Source of the DNA: an uncultured Bacteroidales bacterium
GTDB lineage: Bacteria > Bacteroidota > Bacteroidia > Bacteroidales > UBA10428
Reading direction: 5' to 3'
NCBI GenBank assembly: GCA_964503885.1
Contig: CAZDCD010000015.1
Location: 24,663 to 88,662, forward strand
Length of the DNA stretch: 64,000 nt
Positions within the stretch are counted from its first letter, which is position 1, and every line of letters begins with the position of its first letter. The notes under the pieces are model-generated. The model was not told where the DNA came from and made no database searches. It saw nothing but the letters and a program-made list of their open reading frames with translations. Below, one piece after another: positions 58,923 to 64,000 of this stretch. A program made the position numbers and the translations under genes.

Positions 58923-61556
58923 ATGAAAACTAATAAAAAAAGCGATCAAACTAGCGCAGGTAACAGCAAGGTTTCCGAAATATCTAAAATTAGAGCATCA
59001 GGCAAAGTCAAAGATAGCAGCTTCCCCATTGTGGGCATAGGCGCATCGGCTGGCGGACTGGAAGCGTTGGAAGATTTTTTTAAAAATATGCCAAAGGTTA
59101 GTGGTATGGCATTTGTCGTGATTCAGCATCTCGACCCGAACCATGCTGGCTATATGCCTGAGTTATTACAACGAATTACTACCATGAAGGTATTACAGGT
59201 AAACGACAGGCTTAAAGTGAACCCGAATTGCATATATGTAATACCACCAAACAAGAGTATGTCGATACTGAGAGGTACGCTGCATTTGTTCGATCCTGTT
59301 GAATCAAGGGGCCTGCGTTTACCAATTGATATTTTCTTCCGTTCGCTTGCAGATGATACTCAGGAAAAAAGTATAGGCATAATCCTTTCAGGCATGGGTT
59401 CTGATGGAAGCCTGGGACTGAAGGCCATTAAGGAAAAAAACGGACTGGTACTGGTTCAGAATCCTGACTCCGCAAAATTCGAAGCGATGCCTAACAGTGC
59501 TATAGAATCCGTAAATGTTGATATTGTAGCTCCAGTCGAAGAATTACCCGCTAAACTGATTGCTTACCTGAAGTATAATCTGACAATTAAAACAAAGCCC
59601 AATATAGAGCTTAGAAATAAAAGCAACCTCGAAAAAATTATTATATTGCTCCGGGAACAATCAGGTCATGATTTTTCTTTATATAAGAAAAACACGTTGT
59701 TTCGTCGCATTGAAAGGCGCAAGGGTATTCACCAAATAGAAAAGATACAAAACTATGTGCACTTTTTACAGGAAAATCCGAATGAGGTAGAAATACTCTT
59801 CAAAGAGTTATTGATTGGGGTTACCAGTTTTTTCCGTGATAAACCTGTTTGGGAAATGCTTAAAGAAAGTATCCTTCCTGACCTGATGAACGAATTACCG
59901 GACGGACATATACTGCGAGCCTGGGTACCTGGATGCTCAACAGGAGAAGAGGCATATTCATTGGCCATTGTTTTTAAAGAAGCACTTGAAAAAGTTAAAA
60001 AGCAGAAAAACCTGACTTTGCAGATATTCGCCACCGATCTCGATCATGATGCTATTGAAAAAGCCCGCAAAGGTGTTTTCTCCAAAAATATTGCTGTTGA
60101 TGTATCGCCCGATAGAATCAAACGTTTTTTTACTAATGAAGCTGAAAGTTTTCGTGTAAATAATGATATACGTGAAATGATGGTGTTTGCTAATCAGAGT
60201 GTGATTAAAGACCCGCCGTTTACTAAGCTAGACATTCTTTCATGCCGTAATATGTTAATATATATGGAAACGGAATTGCAGAAAAAATTAATGATGCTGT
60301 TTAATTACAGCCTTAATCCGGGTGGAATAATGTTACTTGGCGTTGCAGAAACCATTGGAAAACATGACAATGCATTTATTGAGCTTGATCTTAAATTGAA
60401 AATTTTCAAACGCTCCTCAACATCTCCAATACGCGAACTAATTGATTTGCCAAGTTCTTTTTTCCAAAATAACACATTAGTAACTGAAAAAACCACAAGC
60501 CCGAAAATGGTAGAGAATATTCAGACACTTGCAGATCAGTTTTTACTTCAGCGTTTTGCCCCTGCCAGCGTAATGGTAAATGTCACCGGAGACATAATAT
60601 ACATCACCGGTCATACGGGGAAATATCTTGAACCGGCAGCAGGAAAAGCAAACTGGAACATTTACGCTATGGCACGAGAAGAATTACGCCAGGCATTGCC
60701 AGGCGCTTTCCGAAAAGCAATGCAAAACTTTGATACTGTAAAACTACATAATGTTAAATTGAGAAATAACGGTAGTACCCAATTTGTAAATATTACTGTT
60801 CAACGCATCGAAAATCCCATTGCGATACGAGATATGGTTATGGTTGTATTTACCGATGTGCCGGCTGTGGTTGATTATAATGCAAAAAAAACAAAAACGG
60901 AGAAGCAAAGCTCAACCGGGCGGCAGAAGGAATTGGAGATTGAACTGCAACGAAGTTCTGAAGAACTGCAAAGTGTGCGTGAAGAAATGCAAACATCCCA
61001 GGAAGAGCTAAGATCAACGAACGAGGAGCTACAATCTACTAACGAAGAACTGCAATCAACCAACGAGGAACTCACTACATCTAAGGAAGAAATGCAAAGC
61101 CTGAACGAAGAGCTGCAAACGCTTAATATCGAACTGCAAAACAAGGTAAGTGATTTTTCCCGAGCAAACGATGATATGAAAAATCTGCTTAACAGTACAG
61201 AAATTGCTACTCTTTTCATAGACAAGGAATTGAATATTCGCAGATTCACTGATCAGGTAATCAATATATTTAAACTGCGTAACACGGATATTGGCAGACC
61301 TTTTACCGATCTGGTTACCGATTTGATATACGCCGATATTGAAACTCATGCCCAGCGGGTATTAAAAACTCTTATATCTATCGAAACTGAAATTGCAACA
61401 CATGACGGAAGATGGTTTAATATTAGGATTATGCCCTACCGTACAGTTGACGACAAAATCGATGGACTTGTTATAACATTTAACGAAATAACCAAAGCTA
61501 AAAAACTGGAATTTGATCTGAAAGAAGCAAATGAGGCACTTCAAAAAAAGAAATAA
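58923..61556 (+). CDS. CheB methylesterase - CheR methyltransferase - coiled coil - PAS fusion protein
   Basis: [18 protein letters not shown] (CheB-like); [15 protein letters not shown] and SCRNMLIYM (CheR-like); a heptad EEL coil; and a C-terminal PAS-like region (..[13 protein letters not shown]..). Confidence 0.85.
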   Translation: MKTNKKSDQTSAGNSKVSEISKIRASGKVKDSSFPIVGIGASAGGLEALEDFFKNMPKVSGMAFVVIQHLDPNHAGYMPELLQRITTMKVLQVNDRLKVNPNCIYVIPPNKSMSILRGTLHLFDPVESRGLRLPIDIFFRSLADDTQEKSIGIILSGMGSDGSLGLKAIKEKNGLVLVQNPDSAKFEAMPNSAIESVNVDIVAPVEELPAKLIAYLKYNLTIKTKPNIELRNKSNLEKIIILLREQSGHDFSLYKKNTLFRRIERRKGIHQIEKIQNYVHFLQENPNEVEILFKELLIGVTSFFRDKPVWEMLKESILPDLMNELPDGHILRAWVPGCSTGEEAYSLAIVFKEALEKVKKQKNLTLQIFATDLDHDAIEKARKGVFSKNIAVDVSPDRIKRFFTNEAESFRVNNDIREMMVFANQSVIKDPPFTKLDILSCRNMLIYMETELQKKLMMLFNYSLNPGGIMLLGVAETIGKHDNAFIELDLKLKIFKRSSTSPIRELIDLPSSFFQNNTLVTEKTTSPKMVENIQTLADQFLLQRFAPASVMVNVTGDIIYITGHTGKYLEPAAGKANWNIYAMAREELRQALPGAFRKAMQNFDTVKLHNVKLRNNGSTQFVNITVQRIENPIAIRDMVMVVFTDVPAVVDYNAKKTKTEKQSSTGRQKELEIELQRSSEELQSVREEMQTSQEELRSTNEELQSTNEELQSTNEELTTSKEEMQSLNEELQTLNIELQNKVSDFSRANDDMKNLLNSTEIATLFIDKELNIRRFTDQVINIFKLRNTDIGRPFTDLVTDLIYADIETHAQRVLKTLISIETEIATHDGRWFNIRIMPYRTVDDKIDGLVITFNEITKAKKLEFDLKEANEALQKKK

Positions 61557-61596
61557 AAACTTTGATATTAAATATCTCAAAAAAAATGAGGCAATA

Positions 61597-63309
61597 ATGA
61601 AAAATGCTATTAACAAATCAAAAGCCACAATGCTGCGCAAAAAGGCAGAAGGATTGTTAAAAAAGAAATTATCAAAAAAAGCCTCTGATATTTCTGAAGT
61701 TACAATACTAAAGCTCATTCATGAACTTGAGGTGCACCAGGTAGAGCTTGAGATTCAGAATGAAGAACTTATGCAGGCAAAAAAGCGGATAGAGGAAGAT
61801 GCTACAGAAAAATATACTGAATTATACGATTTTGCACCATCGGGTTATTTTACACTTACCAAAGAAGGTGAAATTATTGAGCTTAACCTGTGCGGATCAC
61901 AAATGCTTGGCAAAGAGCGCTCATATTTAAAAAACAGTTCATTTGGCTTTTTTGTATCAAACGATTCAAAACCAATCTTCAATCTCTTTCTCACGAAAGT
62001 ATTCAACAGCAAGACCAAAGAAAACTGTGAGGTGACTCTGGTAACTAACAACAACTTTACTATGTATGTTTACATTACAGGGATCTTCACCAAAAATAAA
62101 GAGCAATGCCATGTTACTGTGATTGATATCACCAAGCGAAAGGAAGTAGAAAATGAGCTGATAAAAGCCAAAGAAAAAGCAGAAGAAAGCGATAAATTGA
62201 AATCAGCATTCCTACAAAATATGTCGCATGAAATTCGCACGCCAATGAATGCTATAATCGGATTTTCTAAACTCCTCGAAAAACCTGATTTGTCCCCTGA
62301 AAAACGGAAAACTTATACAAACATGATCATTAACAGTACAAATCAATTGCTTTTAATAGTTACCGATACGCTCACCATCTCATCAATTGAAACAAAACAG
62401 GAAAAAGTAAATATTAGTAAAGTGTGTATAAACAATATAATTGCTGATTTGTATGGAATTTTTAAAACACAAGCATTTAATCAGAATATATCAATCTATA
62501 CCAGGCAAAATTTAACCGACGAGCAATCAGAAATATATACCGATAAAACCAAAGTAACACAAATATTAACCAATTTAATACACAACGCATTAAAATTCAC
62601 ACACGAAGGATTTATAGAATTTGGATACAACTTAATAAACAACAAACTTGAATTGTATGTAAAAGACAGTGGAATTGGAATAAAAGAGGAAATGCAGGAC
62701 ATTATTTTTGAACGTTTCAGGCAAGCTGACGAAAAAATAAATAAAATATATGGAGGAACCGGATTAGGCCTCTCAATATCAAAAGCATTTACAGAATTAT
62801 TAGGAGGTGAGATATGGGTGAAATCAAAACCTGGTAAAGGTTCAACGTTTTATTTTACAATTCCGTACAAACCGGTTTATAAAATAGACAAACCAAATTC
62901 GATAACAAAACAGGTTGAAAATGCAAAAACAATATTAATAGCAGAAGACGAAGTGTCCAATTATCAATATATAGAAGAATTGTTAACAGACATGAATCTG
63001 AAACTTATTCATACCCTTGATGGAAAAGAAACGGTTGAAATTTGTAAAATAAATCCAAATATAAATTTGATTTTAATGGACATTAAAATGCCGGTTTTAA
63101 ACGGTCATACTGCAGCTAAAAAGATCAAAGAATTTCGACCCTATTTGCCAATAATTGCACAATCGGCATACACCTTAGACTATAAAAATAAAAAACTGGG
63201 GGAAATAGTGTTTGACGATTATATTACCAAGCCAATTAACAAAGATGAATTAAAACATAAGTTAATGAAATATATTAACAAACAGAAAAATACCTCTAAA
63301 ATAGGGTAA
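61597..63309 (+). CDS. PAS - HisKA - HATPase - receiver hybrid histidine kinase
   Basis: H-box [18 protein letters not shown] boxes HNALKFT, DSGIGI and GGTGLGLSI. Receiver [16 protein letters not shown]. The start is taken at MKNAINK (61597), by analogy with the downstream paralogue. Confidence 0.85.
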   Translation: MKNAINKSKATMLRKKAEGLLKKKLSKKASDISEVTILKLIHELEVHQVELEIQNEELMQAKKRIEEDATEKYTELYDFAPSGYFTLTKEGEIIELNLCGSQMLGKERSYLKNSSFGFFVSNDSKPIFNLFLTKVFNSKTKENCEVTLVTNNNFTMYVYITGIFTKNKEQCHVTVIDITKRKEVENELIKAKEKAEESDKLKSAFLQNMSHEIRTPMNAIIGFSKLLEKPDLSPEKRKTYTNMIINSTNQLLLIVTDTLTISSIETKQEKVNISKVCINNIIADLYGIFKTQAFNQNISIYTRQNLTDEQSEIYTDKTKVTQILTNLIHNALKFTHEGFIEFGYNLINNKLELYVKDSGIGIKEEMQDIIFERFRQADEKINKIYGGTGLGLSISKAFTELLGGEIWVKSKPGKGSTFYFTIPYKPVYKIDKPNSITKQVENAKTILIAEDEVSNYQYIEELLTDMNLKLIHTLDGKETVEICKINPNINLILMDIKMPVLNGHTAAKKIKEFRPYLPIIAQSAYTLDYKNKKLGEIVFDDYITKPINKDELKHKLMKYINKQKNTSKIG

Positions 63310-63315
63310 ATACTA

Positions 63316-64000
63316 TGAAAAAAAATAACAAATCAGGACCTTCACTCCTGCGTCAAAAGGCAGAGGAGTTACTGAAAAGGAGATCCTTGAAAACTGGTTC
63401 AGCACTTTCTGAAACCGAAAAACTTAAACTTATTCACGAACTTGAGGTATATCAGATAGAGCTGGAGTTGCAGAACGAAGAACTCATGCTTGCAAAAAAA
63501 CAGTCAGATATTACAACTGAAAAATATACTGAATTGTACGATTTTGCACCATCGGGGTATTTTACACTTTCCAGTGATGGTAAAATTATTGAGCTAAACC
63601 TTGTTGGGGCAAATATACTTGGCAAAGAACGCTCGATTTTAAGAAAGAGTCAGTTTGGTTTTTTTGTTTCCAATGATACAAAATCAATTTTCAATCTCTT
63701 TCTCAGGAATATATTTGACAGCAAAGTCAAAGAATATTGCGAGGTGACCCTGCAAATGAAAAACAATAACCAGGTGCATGTTCATCTTACCGGCATTGCT
63801 GCCGAAAATGGAGAACAATGCCTGGTAACTGTAATTGATATTACCCAGCGTAAGATGATGGAGGAAGAACTAATTAAAGCCAAAGAAAAAGCAGAAGAAA
63901 GTGATCTTCTTAAAACAGCATTTCTGCAAAATATGTCACACGAAATCCGGACACCAATTAATACCATTATGGGATTCTCTGGTTTACTGACAGAGCAATA
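63316..64000 (+). CDS. paralogous PAS histidine kinase (3'-partial, runs off the window)
   Basis: ATG at 63316 and open to the end of the window. [67 protein letters not shown] parallels the upstream kinase. It is not in the supplied ORF track because it has no stop codon. Confidence 0.8.

Noticed and set aside
61531-61596. The listed start of the first hybrid kinase at 61531, which overlaps the CheB-CheR gene by 26 nt.
   Set aside because: The downstream paralogue begins at the equivalent of MKNAINK. The ATG at 61597 gives a matching N-terminus and removes the overlap. The earlier start cannot be excluded.

Overview
This 64-kb window looks like chromosomal DNA from a Bacteroidota organism, probably an anaerobe. 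Supporting signs are several T9SS C-terminal sorting domains, an ECF-sigma/FecR pair, DUF2490 and DUF4833-type proteins, frequent TTG starts, and polysulfide-reductase and radical-SAM genes. I found no rRNA, tRNA or CRISPR array. Gene content from left to right: a 5'-partial ABCG-like transporter; an orphan DUF1987/SiaC gene; two oxidoreductases; an FtsX-type permease; an orphan AmmeMemoRadiSam activase; a HAD, aldolase-like and Zn-dehydrogenase trio; and a candidate Moco riboswitch with its own terminator, followed by a TauE-family permease and mobA, a mobB-like gene, moeA, moaA, moaC and a MOSC-mogA fusion. Next is a Tat-dependent Psr/Phs-like molybdopterin oxidoreductase (A, B and C subunits) with two YeeE/YedE half-proteins and a membrane-anchored rhodanese-like protein. 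After that come two secreted proteins, one carrying 192-bp tandem repeats, and an A+T-rich stretch of small unrelated genes with imperfect palindromes. The middle of the window holds a GH94, SIS and PfkB cluster; a porin, P-II and Amt operon; a TrpB2-type gene preceded by an attenuator-like leader; decayed genes (PQQ propeller, GH43, Gp49/HigB-type toxin, IS5-like transposase); galU with a GHMP kinase; an ECF, FecR and STN-CarbopepD trio; and an M49 peptidase. The right end holds a T9SS-secreted xylanase/esterase cluster and a CheB-CheR-PAS fusion followed by two tandem paralogous PAS hybrid kinases. The most interesting items are: (1) the trpB2 leader, with three mutually exclusive helices and a YWYFCCC leader ORF; (2) the heptad EE-x-x-S/T array inside the CheB-CheR fusion; (3) the rhodanese-like protein whose only cysteine is its last residue; (4) the riboswitch-controlled TauE permease; and (5) several dispersed intergenic repeat families. 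All functional calls come from reading the translations and sequence by eye, with no database search.
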